64,000 nucleotides of DNA from an uncultured virus (IMG/VR IMGVR_UViG_2061766007_000176) (Duplodnaviria; Heunggongvirae; Uroviricota; Caudoviricetes). Under the pieces are notes generated by a model. The model did not search any database, had not been told where the DNA came from, and saw only the letters and a list, made by a program, of their open reading frames with translations. Below are positions 51,383-62,551 of the stretch, in pieces (positions within the stretch are counted from its first letter, which is position 1; each line of letters starts with the position of its first letter). A program made the translations under genes and the position numbers. Location: IMG/VR virus record IMGVR_UViG_2061766007_000176; one strand, 5' to 3'.

Positions 51383-53170
51383 TCACCTCCTACTTTTAGG
51401 AGTGAAGAAACCAAACATATCAAGGTTCTTTTTTTTCTTCTTAAAAATTTCTTTGTCTTCATAATATTTAATACGATATAAAGCATATTCGAGCGCACTG
51501 AAACGGTCCTTCTCTATAGACTTTGAAATACGTTCAACTTTATATTTATTATCAATACCAGTGGGCTTTAACCGCAAGTTATTAAGTTCATCCATTAGAC
51601 GGGATGTCATCTCATATGGGAGTAGAAATACACGTCTATCATAAGCTGTCATTTTCTATCCCTTTTTAGTTTGCATTAACTTATCTTTTACTATACGTTC
51701 ATGCGCCAAGAAAGATGTTGAACCATTGTTTATAGAAGTGAGAAAAGCTGAATTAATAGCATCCTCATTTCCGGAACCAGCTTTAATATCATATATAATA
51801 GCATTACAACGTGGTTGAGGCTCATCTTCTTCCTTATGTAGTTCTGGCGGTAAATGATTTTCATCATTAAAAGTAAAGTAGGCTGGAAATTGTTCTCCAG
51901 TTTTAGCATCAAATGATGGAAGAACCATAGCATCCATTAATCCAATACCAGGTCCGTTACCGTCGATTACAATCTCTCGTGGATTATATAATTGAATGAG
52001 TTTTTTAAGGCGCGGTGCCTATTCTGTAATATAGTTTGCGCCATTTATAACTTCGGTATAGACCACATTTTTCCTAAAACGCTATGCCCCGGGTAATACT
52101 TTTATGACCATAATAGCTGTATTCGCGCTATATCTACCAACGTCGCATCCAATTAAGTAGAAAGCACCATTTGGTAAACTTTCACGTGCTTTACGTTCAC
52201 ACATTAGAAGTGAACGATGCTTATTAAGTCTACGAGAATCAAGCCAAGCATCGGCGCCACTACCAGTCCATATTGATAAATTTTCACGAGCAAATGAATC
52301 TTCACTAACGTTATTAGAATAACGCTGGTCTAACATTGTTTCCTTATCAATTAGCCCATAATGAAGAGGTACTTCATAGGATAGACCCCAGCAGAAATAG
52401 GCGTTCGGCCGCAAGACTGCGTTTACAGCGATCTCTATCAAACGCTGATACATATAAACAGTACGGTCAGAAGCTGTAGTAATGAAGGTTTGTGGAGAAG
52501 ATGGTTCTTCAGCATTAATAGTTCCATCTACTTCAAGACGTTTGACGTTTAGCTGAGGCCATAGAACTTCAGTATAAGCTTCTTCGCTGATTAAAGCACA
52601 CTCTTCTAAAATAGCTGCGGTGGCACGAAGACCACGAGATGTATCCTTGGAAACAACAGTAATTTGGCTACCATTCTTAAAATAAAGTTCATAATAGTTT
52701 GTACTTGACTTAACACCAGTTTTACCATCTTCTTGGCGTGTTGCTAATTCTCTTTCAAGTAAAGGCCAATGCTGAAAGAATTGCGCGAACTTATCTTTCG
52801 CAATATTAATAACCGTACCTTTTACTTCAGACGCAATCATTATTGAGGATTTTGGTAGCAGGACAGCTCGGACGAGTGCGCACAAGTAAGCTGTAAAGGA
52901 TTTTGACGTAGCACGGGTAGCTGTCCAAAAGTGATAGCGATAGCGCATACTCGCGCGCAAAGCGACTCTCTGATATGGTAATAAATGGAAATGCTACGAA
53001 TCCTCATAGGATTGAATTGAATCCAAAAATAAATCTGGATACATAATCCATAAATTTAAGTATTTCGTAAAAAGTTCTTGATTTGCGTCTAGAAATTCTC
53101 TTGTAAGGGTAACTCCCTTCTCAATTGGTATTCCATCACGCATTTCAATTTTTCCAAATTCATCATTCAT
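51383..53170 (-). CDS. terL: terminase large subunit (TAG read through)
   Basis: Four ORF fragments in one frame; ATPase 'ATRATSKS', 'SRGLRA..ILEE'; nuclease 'IGCDVGR', 'IDGNGPG', 'KDRFSAL'. Confidence 0.9.
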
Positions 53171-54119
53171 TGGTATCGCCTCCCGCTTCAAGCGCAGCGG
53201 TTAGCTCATTCTGCCCTTCATATTCAATATCAGCCATCTCGTCAAAATCTACTTTTTCATTTTCAATTTCTTCAAGGCGCTCGGTCATATTATATCTTGC
53301 CTTTTTATCTTCAACTTGTTCCGCAAAGTTACCCTCATTTAGTACTAAGCGCTTTAAGTAATTCTACATATTTTCCATTAAGAAATCTATGGAATCTTGA
53401 GGTTCATGATGCCATTTTGGATGCCAGCCTTTCTTTCCATAATATATCATTAACTCTCCAACTGACTCAAAGTCAGCCGCAGACTTTGCGTTTGTCGCAG
53501 TGAAATTGTATGTCTTTACAATATCATCCGCCTGCTTCATCATCTTGGAAACATCAGCGCCCGCGCGCAATCCTTTCTTAATACCAAGCTGTAGTTCGCA
53601 AAAATCGCGAGCTTTTTCTTGTAGAATAGGCGTAGACACATTTTGTGTTGCTACAATCTTATTATAAAAAGTATCTAACCAAAGAAGTTCTTCTGGCTTA
53701 TATGCGCCAGACCATACCTTCCTTAATTCTTTTAATTTTGCATCACCCAATGCCTTAATTTCATCATCAATTGTACCAGCTTCGCGCGCGAGTCTCCATC
53801 TCTCATTCTCATCTGCCCATTGTAATGGAGTATAATGATCATCGTATAGGACATTAAAGTATGCGGTTAGCGTATGGTCTTTATGTGTCTCATACAATTG
53901 CGTCCACTTATTGAGGTCAAATGGAAGGTCAAGCCAGCGCATTAGGCGATCAACTTCGCCCAAATTATCCTACTTAATCATTGTTTCAAGACATGGCGTA
54001 CATATATAACATTTGCCACCTGGAAAGAATTTTGAGGGTGTGTCTTGGAAAAATTCCTGCGGCTATTCGCGCTTACACTTTAAGCAACGTCGGGTCTTTT
54101 TTTCTGAGATCTCCGCCAC
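53163..54119 (-). CDS. Zn-finger protein upstream of terL (possible small terminase subunit; TAG read through)
   Basis: GTG start with RBS; CLKC...CTPC N-terminus in frame with ORF 53963; ends TGA. Confidence 0.6.
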
Positions 54120-55374
54120 TGTTAATCACTCCTCTTTTTATGCGCGTTTCCTTATCGCATTGCTTACACGTATTCGATAGACCATCTTTATGAGCATTAT
54201 TGCGGCTGAAAAATAGTGGATCTTTTGGTAACATGCGGCCGCAATGGATACATTTTTTGCGCTGGTCTTCTGGTGTATCTTGCTCCAGGCGCAGCATTCT
54301 TGCGACTTGGGCAATCTTTTTTGGCACCTCATTACTTACGATAGATACGAGGTAATTAGGTGAGTACTCTATTGCGTAGCGTGCCCTCATCTCATCCAAA
54401 ATATCCTCATACGCCATCCCCCGCTTTCTCAATTCAATTAGGAATAGGCGCAGTTCGCTAAAGCCGCATAAGCTGACATATCGGTCAAAATCCCATAGAA
54501 GGGTGCGCCCATACGTATTTAATTTTTCCTTTAAGGCATCATATAAGACGCAATAGTGGTTGAGTAGCGCGCGAACATGTTTGTAGTTTTCCCAATCAAA
54601 GTGATGCTCGCACACCATCCACTTAACCATACCATCCTCTCTTACCTCATAATCCTTAATATCTTTGGAAATGCGAGATGTATATGAATGATTTACACGG
54701 TATTCCCACTGCTCATGGGTTATCCAATAGAAGGAATCGCCCGACCAATCGTAGAATTGGGGTTTTGGGTGATCGAGGTTTTGGAAGTGTAGGGTAGGTT
54801 TTGCGCTATCCTTCAAATAATACTAATGCTTACGAATATCAATTAAGTTGTGTTTGAGCTGGTATACGCGATAGGGGTCGGTTACTAGGGTGTCACTTTC
54901 GTTGGGTGCAACCTTACCTTGCGCAATATCTAACATACGTTGCCACCTATCTATAATTTCCCATTGTTCCACCATACCTGGTACATCGCTGTCGCCGGGA
55001 TCAATCATCTCACCAGTTTTTTTGTCGTACTTCGGCTTATTGATACAGGGTTTGGGTACAGTGTACGAATCACGTTTATATGCGGAGCGCAGCTGCTGTT
55101 CATCGAATCCAGGTACCTCCATCATCTCATCCAGCGACTACACTTTATCATCTTTTGTCTTATAACTCTTATATCTCTTATCCTTGTCAATAGTTTCGTT
55201 TCTCTAAATTGAATTTTTGCCGTTTTCGTCCTTGCCGTAGAGAATGTAGGAAGCCATCTACTCAAGCTCGGTTGGGCTTGGGTCGGTAGCCATTGTATCT
55301 AAAATTTCTTGAACTGCTTTGAGGCGCTCTGTGTCTCGAACTATGGAAAAGTCCAATGAATATTTTTTTCTCAT
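54073..55374 (-). CDS. conserved phage protein with C-terminal HTH-like and Zn-finger segments (TAG read through)
   Basis: RBS aggagg; ORFs 55125 and 54816 in frame; CIHC...CKQC. Confidence 0.7.
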
Positions 55375-55401
55375 AGAATCGCCTCCTTTTTCTTTACTTA
55401 T

Positions 55402-55431
55402 ATTATAACATGAGAGGTTTAATGTTGTCAA
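55402..55431 (-). promoter_or_regulatory. sigma70-type promoter at the head of the packaging/virion block
   Basis: TTGACA-18 nt-TATAAT with extended TG. Confidence 0.75.
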
Positions 55432-55559
55432 ATGTTTGAAAATAAAAAAATTGGTGGAATGGTGGGAGCGCCCGCCGGCCTGACCAAAAAATACATCTTT
55501 TTATCCCAAAACCTGCCCCGGGGAGCCCCATCTGCTGCTGCCGACGGCCGCAGCCCTTA

Positions 55560-55790
55560 TATTTCAACGGTTTCGGCCGCAGACTCCGCGAGAATATCAA
55601 ATTCTTACCGCCAGAAATGTCATTTCTGGTATGGCGCCTATTTCAAAATCAGAACGGGCGACCCTCCGCGAAAATTTCGGCGCCCGCGGGTGCCATTTTT
55701 TCTGGCACCCCCGTCAGCCTATTTCAAAATAAAAACCGCCGACCCTCCGCGAGAATCTTACCACCGCCGCGGGCGTTCTTTTTTTGATCC
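55560..55790. repeat. imperfect ~80-bp tandem repeat (2-3 units)
   Basis: cctatttcaaaat...cgaccctccgcga(a/g)aat...cgcggg near 55638 and 55718; weaker unit near 55560. Confidence 0.65.
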
Positions 55791-56153
55791 CCCATCGATG
55801 TTATTTGGAAAATTGGCCGGGCGATTAAATTATTACGAAAGTGTTACAAATTGTTACAGGTTTGTAATAGTCCGCTTTACTTTAGTACGCTAAAGTATTA
55901 AAGCGAAAAAATCTATTTACATCGATTCCGGTCAAAAATGGTCCGCCGGAGTTAGTCATGACTAACTCAGTGGGACAAAACTGGCCCGCCGAGTTAGTCA
56001 TAACTAACTTTTATCAAAGGTAATGAATAGTCCGCGAAAAATAGTTCGGTACCGAACTAGTTGGAAAGGTCAAAGTCAGTCAAAGTCAAAGTAAAGGTCA
56101 AAAAAAAAGATGTACTTTCTGGTATACCAGATTGTACATCTTCCGGCGGTTCC

Positions 56154-56603
56154 TCACGCGGTGAGGAATCCGTACCGCGCAAGGATTTTTTCATTCGTGA
56201 GTTCTGCTTGATTCAGTTTGATCTGTACGTTCTCGCCATTGATCACCGCGTCACCGGCAACGAAGAACGGAACGGAATCTTTCTGCCATTTCTCATCGGT
56301 GAACATTTCGGTAATGATCTTTTCGAACATCTCGCCCTTGTTCCAATGCGGGTCATTCAGCATTTCAGCGGAGCCGATCAGCAGAGCGTGGGGAATCAGC
56401 GCGGAGAGTTCAGCGCGGTTGGCGCGGATCCGGATCTTGCGGAAACCGCCCTTCGCGGTGCTTGCGCGATCCATCTTGCAGTAGGCGGTGATTTCTTCAA
56501 AGGTCATTCCGCACACCGCATAGAGCAGACCGGCGAAGATGAAGCCGAAGTAGTAGGTGTGGGAAGCGGAGTTCTTGTTGTAGGCGGTCAGCAGGTTCAT
56601 CAT
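56154..56603 (-). CDS. hypothetical early protein (149 aa)
   Basis: Own promoter 56635-56663, RBS gaggagg and downstream hairpin 56109-56140. Confidence 0.75.
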   Translation of the reverse strand: MMNLLTAYNKNSASHTYYFGFIFAGLLYAVCGMTFEEITAYCKMDRASTAKGGFRKIRIRANRAELSALIPHALLIGSAEMLNDPHWNKGEMFEKIITEMFTDEKWQKDSVPFFVAGDAVINGENVQIKLNQAELTNEKILARYGFLTA

Positions 56604-56885
56604 CTTGGGGTTCCTCCTCTCTCTTTCTGTAAACAGTATAGCAGATCCGCGCCGGCTTGTCAACACTTTTTTCGATTTTTCTCAACTTTTTTCAGAGGAA
56701 CTTTTGTACGTACAACTCGCGGATACTGTATACAAAGTTGTACGCATGGACGCGTACAACTTAAAGAAGGGCAGGTCCGCCGTGGGTCCCGGCGTCTTAC
56801 GTTCCTCCTCCGATCTACCATTATTATATAGGAAAGGGGTTGACTTGTCAACCCCTTTTTTTGAAAAATTTTCGCGGGCAATGGA

Positions 56886-57122
56886 TCAAAGATCCATTCC
56901 CATCTCATAGTTCCACTCAGAGAACCCTTCGAGGGTATCGCACAGTTCATCGAACAGGACTTCGGTGTCTTCGGTTTCGTAACCGAACCGCTCACCGATC
57001 CGGATGATCACTTTGTTATAGTCCTCGGAATCGAACAGTTCGTACCACGCGGTCACGTTCAGTTCGGTAGCGACTTCGTCAAAGATCTCTTCGAAAATGG
57101 ACTGATTCATCATAGCGTTCAT
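56886..57122 (-). CDS. small, very acidic protein
   Basis: Own promoter 57173-57201; D/E-rich 78 aa. Confidence 0.75.
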   Translation of the reverse strand: MNAMMNQSIFEEIFDEVATELNVTAWYELFDSEDYNKVIIRIGERFGYETEDTEVLFDELCDTLEGFSEWNYEMGMDL

Positions 57123-57480
57123 AGTTGGTTCCCTTCTGGTTTGGAGGGTTTTCCTTCCCTTTTTCTGACTATAGTATAACAGATGCCGGCGCGTTTGTCA
57201 ACACTTTTTTTCGCTTTTTCTGAAAAAATTTTTCGGCGCGGACAGCATACATATACAGACAAGTTGTACGCATCAGAGCGTACAACTTTTTCAAAATTCG
57301 CCATTGAGAGCGTCTGAGATTTTTTCGTCCGTACGGCCTCCCGAGGGATTTTTCCTCAGAGGCTTAGAATGGCAGATTTTGAAAAAGTTGTACATACAAC
57401 TGTCGCAAACGCAAAACTTTAGTGCTTTAGCGCGCTAAAGTAAGGCAGGTAAAAAGAAAAGGCGGTTTCCCGCCCTGTTT

Positions 57481-57639
57481 TTACTTGAGGGTTTCAGTGG
57501 TGGAGTAAATTCCGAGGTGGGTCTGCCGACCATACACATAACGGGGATACCAGAAGGAAACCGCATCCTTTTTCCGACCTTCGAACAGCACCTCACCGGT
57601 CTTCTCATCAATCACTTTCCAAACCTTCCAATTCTTCAT
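57481..57639 (-). CDS. small protein MKNWKVWKVIDEKTGEVLFEG... (52 aa)
   Basis: Promoter 57690-57718, RBS, TAA and terminator hairpin. Confidence 0.7.
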   Translation of the reverse strand: MKNWKVWKVIDEKTGEVLFEGRKKDAVSFWYPRYVYGRQTHLGIYSTTETLK

Positions 57640-57859
57640 CGTTTCTCCCTTTCTGGTTTGTGGGGTTTTCCTTCCCCTTCTGTGATTATAGTATAGCAGA
57701 CCGGCGCATATTTGTCAATTACAAAATTATCAACAAATTGTTAAGATTCAATGAAGTTTTTGTAACACTTTCGTAATAAATTGCGCCGGCCGGCCAGAGT
57801 CATCGCGCTTTAGTACACTAAAGCACTAAAGTGGTTTGGGCAAAAGAAAACCGGAGGAC

Positions 57860-57949
57860 TTAGTCCTCCGGTTCCTCCTCCGCGAGGAGGTCCGCCAGTT
57901 CGGCGAAGTCCTCGTCGTGAAGTTCGGGGTTCATGTACCAATCAGCCAT
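57860..57949 (-). CDS. 29-aa acidic peptide MADWYMNPELHDEDFAELADLLAEEEPED
   Basis: Promoter 57980-58008, RBS gaggagg; stop lies inside a terminator palindrome. Confidence 0.65.
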   Translation of the reverse strand: MADWYMNPELHDEDFAELADLLAEEEPED

Positions 57950-58067
57950 TCTCGTGTCCTCCTCTCTCTTTCTGTACATAGTATAGCATATGCCGGCGAG
58001 ATTGTCAACACCTTTTTATAAATTTTTTCAAAAAAATCGGCGGGATCTCTCCCGCCGTTTTTAGTGG

Positions 58068-58415
58068 TTAGGGCAGAAAGTCCATCATCTCGGTCATGCC
58101 CAGACAGGTGATGAATACCACATCCACGATCTCGTCATCTTCCTCGTGTTCGTTGCTCATGTCGCGCATGATCAGCACGTACAGGTTTCCGATGTGGGCA
58201 TCTTCTTTCTCTCCAAGGAAGTCCCGCACGTTTCCGTTCTCATCGGTCACGGAGATCACATAGAGGTCAGAGTCGCCAATCTGTTCCCAAGCGGTGACCA
58301 CGGCGGTCAGCCGATAGGTATCAGTGGTTTCGGCGGTTGCGGTTGCGATCCCACACAGAGCGATCAGCAGGGCGGTGATGATGGTGGCGATGGTGGCGAT
58401 TTTCAGAGTCTTCAT
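58068..58415 (-). CDS. small secreted or membrane-anchored protein
   Basis: MKTLK plus hydrophobic signal-like helix; promoter 58450-58478. Confidence 0.7.
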   Translation of the reverse strand: MKTLKIATIATIITALLIALCGIATATAETTDTYRLTAVVTAWEQIGDSDLYVISVTDENGNVRDFLGEKEDAHIGNLYVLIMRDMSNEHEEDDEIVDVVFITCLGMTEMMDFLP

Positions 58416-58515
58416 GTTGGGATTCCTTCCTTTCTCTCTTTCTGTAATCATTATAGCACGAGGTTACCGGTTTGTCAACAGTTTTTTGAAAATTCTTTTT
58501 AATGATTGAGAAGGT

Positions 58516-58680
58516 TTACACCTTCTCAATCTCCATAACATGGTCGGTGTTATCGGTGTAGACCCGATACAGGTCATCACCATCGGGCATATAATAGGCA
58601 TGGTTTCCGCACTGAGTCATGCCCGTACCATCCCACCAAATTTCCTCGTAGATATAAGCACCCATCATCATCTCGATCAT
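58516..58680 (-). CDS. small hypothetical protein (54 aa)
   Basis: Promoter 58714-58742; RBS. Confidence 0.65.
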   Translation of the reverse strand: MIEMMMGAYIYEEIWWDGTGMTQCGNHAYYMPDGDDLYRVYTDNTDHVMEIEKV

Positions 58681-58996
58681 CTTTCCGTACCTTCCTTTCC
58701 TCTTTCTGTGTACAGTATAGCACACCGGCGCCGGTTTGTCAATTACGAAATTCTGAACAAAATGTAACACTTTTGTAACAATTTGCGCGGGCCGGCCAGT
58801 TTTGCGCGAAAATCGCGCCACAGGCCCAATCTGGCCAGAATCACACGGCCGGCCGGCCGGTAGTCAAAAATCCGGCCCGTCTGAATGGCAATTTTCGGCA
58901 ATATGGCCGGCCTGCCGGCCCGCATACTTTAGCACGATAAAGTATTAAAGTACAGAGATATAAAAAGAAGGGCTTTCGCCCTTCCCTTCCGCAGGA

Positions 58997-59281
58997 TTAG
59001 ATATCATAAGAAGCATAGCCGAGCCGAACAGTAAAACCATCGAAGTGATAATCGAAATAGAAATCACCTTCCTGTGACAGGCACTCGGTTTCAAGCATCT
59101 CTTCGAACGCTTCGACCGCTTCCGGATGGTCATAATCCCGCATGATTTCGGACCAATCATCATCAAAACCATCGAAGTCCTGCAGGGTCACATCCATCAC
59201 TTTGTCCTCTTCATCATACCACATAGAAGCATCCGCTCCGAGAGCCTTAACCATCGCCATCATCATTTCCAGAGTCATCAT
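58997..59281 (-). CDS. small, very acidic protein
   Basis: Promoter 59333-59361; terminator 58968-58985. Confidence 0.75.
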   Translation of the reverse strand: MMTLEMMMAMVKALGADASMWYDEEDKVMDVTLQDFDGFDDDWSEIMRDYDHPEAVEAFEEMLETECLSQEGDFYFDYHFDGFTVRLGYASYDI

Positions 59282-59411
59282 TTTCTTTCCCTTTCTGGTG
59301 TTTGGGATTTTCCTTTCCCTTTCTACGGTCTTAGTATATCATAGGTTTGCCGGTTTGTCAACACTTTTTGAAAACTTTTTCAAAAAATTTTTTTGAAGGT
59401 TGGAAGGCTTT

Positions 59412-59540
59412 TCAGCCTTCCACCTCTTCCACCTTCACCACATCATAACCCATCAGTACCACATTGGCAATGCCCTTTTCATCGGTAACCACCACTTCGG
59501 TCTTGTTATTGTAGATGTTTCTCACAGTGTACTTCTTCAT
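59412..59540 (-). CDS. small hypothetical protein (42 aa)
   Basis: Promoter 59589-59617; RBS; hairpin at the stop. Confidence 0.65.
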   Translation of the reverse strand: MKKYTVRNIYNNKTEVVVTDEKGIANVVLMGYDVVKVEEVEG

Positions 59541-59665
59541 TTTCTTTCTTTCCTTTCCTTTAGGGCTCTTGTTCCTTTCCACGCTCTTATTATAGCATAG
59601 CCGGTTTAGTTTGTCAACACTTTTTGAAAACTTTTTTGAAAAATTTTTTACCGGTGGTCTGGGCA

Positions 59666-59872
59666 TCAGATGATGCCCAGAGCCTTCGCCTGTTCATTAA
59701 CCGCTTTCCTCTGTTCGAAGATTTCGGCGAGTTCCCGCTTGGTTACGGAATAGTCATCGCACATATTCGCACAAAACTCGTTTCCGTCGAGGATTTCCAG
59801 AGCCTTTTCATAATCCTCTTTGGTCTTAATGACCCACTCTCTACCACGCTTTACGATATCCATCCTTGGCAC
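59666..59872 (-). CDS. small hypothetical protein
   Basis: RBS, -10 box upstream. Confidence 0.65.
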   Translation of the reverse strand: MPRMDIVKRGREWVIKTKEDYEKALEILDGNEFCANMCDDYSVTKRELAEIFEQRKAVNEQAKALGII

Positions 59873-60016
59873 CTTCCTTTCCTCTTTCTGATTATATTAT
59901 ACACAATCCGCACCGGAATGGAATAGCAAAAATGGGAAAATTTTCAACCAAAATTCACATCAAATTTTTTTCAAAAAAGTGTTGACATTCTGCCTATAGT
60001 ATGCTATACTGATAAT

Positions 60017-60268
60017 GTCGAAAGGGGCAATGCCCCAGAGAACGGAACCGCCCCGAAGGCGGGTGACTGCGGAGAACGAGAGTCCGATGAGGCGAGCAAG
60101 ACACGAATCCCGCCAACAGAAGGAAACGGAGTCGGGGAGAGAAAACTCCCGTAGAACCTAAATCCGTACAACGGGCAGACGATAACTCGCCCAGGGTGGT
60201 AACCTCTCCCACCACTATCGGTGGGTAGTGAATAGCCAAAACGGAGTCCGATGCGACCCCGTTTCTTT
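60017..60268 (+). ncRNA. putative structured ncRNA, copy 1 (unknown family)
   Basis: Promoter TTGACA-17-TATACT at 59982-60010, no RBS-led ORF, many hairpins, 3' hairpin with T-run; shares ordered motifs with 62552..62812. Confidence 0.6.
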
Positions 60269-60502
60269 ATACCCCAATAGTTCGGTACCGAACTATCGCG
60301 GGGCGCAGCAGGCCGGCCAGTGCCATATAAAATTCCGCCCTACAGGCCCGAACTGGCCCGAATGAATGGCCGGCCGGTCGATTGAATCAAAACCGGCCCG
60401 TTAGAATGGCAAATTTTTAAACAGGCCGGCCCGGCGACGAGTTAGTCATGACTAACTGGTTACATGAGAAAAAGGTTACATCTTGCGATGTAACCCTTCG
60501 GC

Positions 60503-60658
60503 TTACTTGGCGAGGATGTAACCCTCGCCTTTCAGTTCCTTCACCCTCGCGTTGAGGGCGGTCTTGGTCTTGTAATACTCGTTTTTCATCATCATTCCGT
60601 TATAGCGGGCGGTCAGATAGAATCCTTTGGGCATGGTCACGATGTTCAGAGTTTTCAT
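60503..60658 (-). CDS. small basic protein (51 aa)
   Basis: Promoter 60702-60730; RBS; terminator 60473-60496. Confidence 0.7.
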   Translation of the reverse strand: MKTLNIVTMPKGFYLTARYNGMMMKNEYYKTKTALNARVKELKGEGYILAK

Positions 60659-60735
60659 TTTCTTTTACTTCCTTTCTTTCTTTCCGTCTTTCGACATTGT
60701 TATTGTAGCATACTTTCGGCGGTTTGTCAACACCC

Positions 60736-60921
60736 TTACCAAATATTTTCGGCGAGGGCGATGGTCATCATGGCTTCAGCAACCGCATGGCGGTCAGCCC
60801 ACTGGGCGAGGGGTATATCCATCGTCTTTTCGGATTTGACGATATTTCCGTTCTCGGTGGTATAGTTCCAAATCTCGGCGGTCTTGGTCTTGGTGTTAAA
60901 CTCTACTTTGCTGAACTTCAT
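60736..60921 (-). CDS. small hypothetical protein (61 aa)
   Basis: Promoter 60964-60992; RBS. Confidence 0.7.
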   Translation of the reverse strand: MKFSKVEFNTKTKTAEIWNYTTENGNIVKSEKTMDIPLAQWADRHAVAEAMMTIALAENIW

Positions 60922-61013
60922 TGTCTTTCCTTCCTTTCTTGTGGTTTCCCTTTCCACGGTCTTATTATAGCACACTTTATTCCGGTTGTCAACACCCAAG
61001 ATTTCGGATTTTC

Positions 61014-61181
61014 TCATTTAGAGAAAATCCGAATGGACTCGGAGCGATAAGGCTTAGTGGAGATAACCCTCTTGACTTCCACGTATTTGTACTGGGAGGC
61101 GAGAGCCTGACCAACACACAGGGCGGACAGTTTATCGGAGGTGGTCCACAGGGTTTTGGTGGCGGTAGTGACTTCGTACAT
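61014..61181 (-). CDS. small hypothetical protein (55 aa)
   Basis: Promoter 61229-61257; RBS. Confidence 0.6.
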   Translation of the reverse strand: MYEVTTATKTLWTTSDKLSALCVGQALASQYKYVEVKRVISTKPYRSESIRIFSK

Positions 61182-61388
61182 TCTTCTTACTTCCTTTCCT
61201 TGAGGGGTTATCCCCTCTCTGTGATTATATGATAGCATACCGGAATGGATTTGTCAATTACAAAAGTGTAAACTATTTGTTAAGATTGTATGAAGTTTCT
61301 GTAATACTTTCGTAACATTTAGTCAGGCCGGCCCGGTAAAATAGTTCGGTACCTAACTATTGCCCATAAAAAAAAGAAGGCGAGACCC

Positions 61389-61592
61389 TTACAGGTCTTC
61401 GCCCCACTCGTCTTCATCGGCGAACACGTCGTAGAAGAAGTAAGCGGTTTTGGCTTCATGATCGACCTCTTCGAGAACGAAAGCATCTTCCATCGCATCG
61501 AGAACATCTTCCCGGTCTTCCATCACCCGGTCGCCGTAGGTGGTTCCGCAGGTCACGGTGTATCCGGCTTCGAACATTTCCATCATAGTCAT
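61389..61592 (-). CDS. small, very acidic protein
   Basis: Promoter 61641-61669; RBS. Confidence 0.7.
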   Translation of the reverse strand: MTMMEMFEAGYTVTCGTTYGDRVMEDREDVLDAMEDAFVLEEVDHEAKTAYFFYDVFADEDEWGEDL

Positions 61593-61748
61593 CGTCTTTC
61601 TTTCCTTTCTTCGAGTGGGTTTCTCCCTCTCTGTGACTATAATATACCATACCGGCGAGTATTTGTCAAGCGTTTTTTTTCAAAAAAAATAAAAAACTTT
61701 TTTCAAAAAAGGGGTTGACATATAGGGCAGGATATGATAATATATAGT

Positions 61749-61862
61749 CACGGAAGGGAAGGAAGTAAGCACCCTCAAATGCCACCCGCGAAAGCGGTTA
61801 CGGGGAGTGGGAACCAAAAAAAATGCTACTAGAGGGGTCAGGTAAGACCGCCCTCTTTTTTA
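61749..61862 (+). ncRNA. putative small RNA (~110 nt)
   Basis: Promoter 61715-61743; CCGC-GAAA-GCGG hairpin; terminator AGAGGG..CCCTCT plus T-run; no ORF. Confidence 0.5.
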
Positions 61863-62074
61863 TACGGCAATAATAGTTCGGTACCTAACTATTCGCGCGG
61901 GCCGGCCATCTAAAAACTTCGATCTACAGGCCCGAACTGGCCATCTTACTGGCCGGCCGGTCGAATGAAAAAATTAGGGCCGGTCTGAGAGGCAAATTAC
62001 GGGCCAGGATTTTATCCTGGCCTTATTGGCCGGCCCGCGCTTTAGTGCGCTAAAGTACTAAAGTATGATCGCAT

Positions 62075-62270
62075 AAAAGAAAGCCATCCTTTACGGGATG
62101 GCACATCCGCACTTGAGGGACGTTTTCTTCAGCAGTTCGTGTCAGCGGTGCGGTTGCGATTCACTCGGTGGTGATTCGGACAGGGCCCTCCTCACCTCTG
62201 AGGGTCTTACGTCGGCTACTTGTGCCTGTCGCCCCTCCGAGCGGTCTTGGGGGTTTTCCCCCCTTTGACA
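62075..62270 (-). ncRNA. putative small RNA (~190 nt)
   Basis: Promoter TTGACA-17-TATAAT at 62304-62276; terminator GCCATCC-cgtaaa-GGATGGC plus T-run; no RBS-led ORF. Confidence 0.5.
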
Positions 62271-62382
62271 CTAACATTATAACCCATTATAGATTATTTG
62301 TCAACCCCTTTTTTAAAAAAATTAAAAAAACTTTTTTGAAAAAACTGTTGACAACCGATCCGGTTTGTGGTATTATAATCCT

Positions 62383-62495
62383 GCGAGAGGGAGAGAAACC
62401 CCAACTCTCCCGAGGGACGCCCACCGCAGACAGGGGATCCAAGGGGCGCAAGCCTGGCGGTGGGAGTTCTCCCGAGAGCAAAGCGCCCAGACTTT
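62383..62495 (+). ncRNA. putative small RNA or leader (~110 nt)
   Basis: Promoter 62348-62376; CCCACCGC/GCGGTGGG stem; no ORF start. Confidence 0.4.
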
Positions 62496-62551
62496 GAAAA
62501 AAAGTTTGGATGAACGCTTGACAGATCCACCGGAAGGTGCTATAATAAGAC

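Noticed and set aside
17030..55374. Mass pseudogenisation of structural genes
   Set aside because: The interruptions examined are all in-frame TAGs with no frameshifts; recoding explains them
56041..61892. LexA/SOS boxes
   Set aside because: Half-sites are in the opposite orientation (GTTCG-N4-CGAAC) to the Firmicutes CGAAC-N4-GTTCG box
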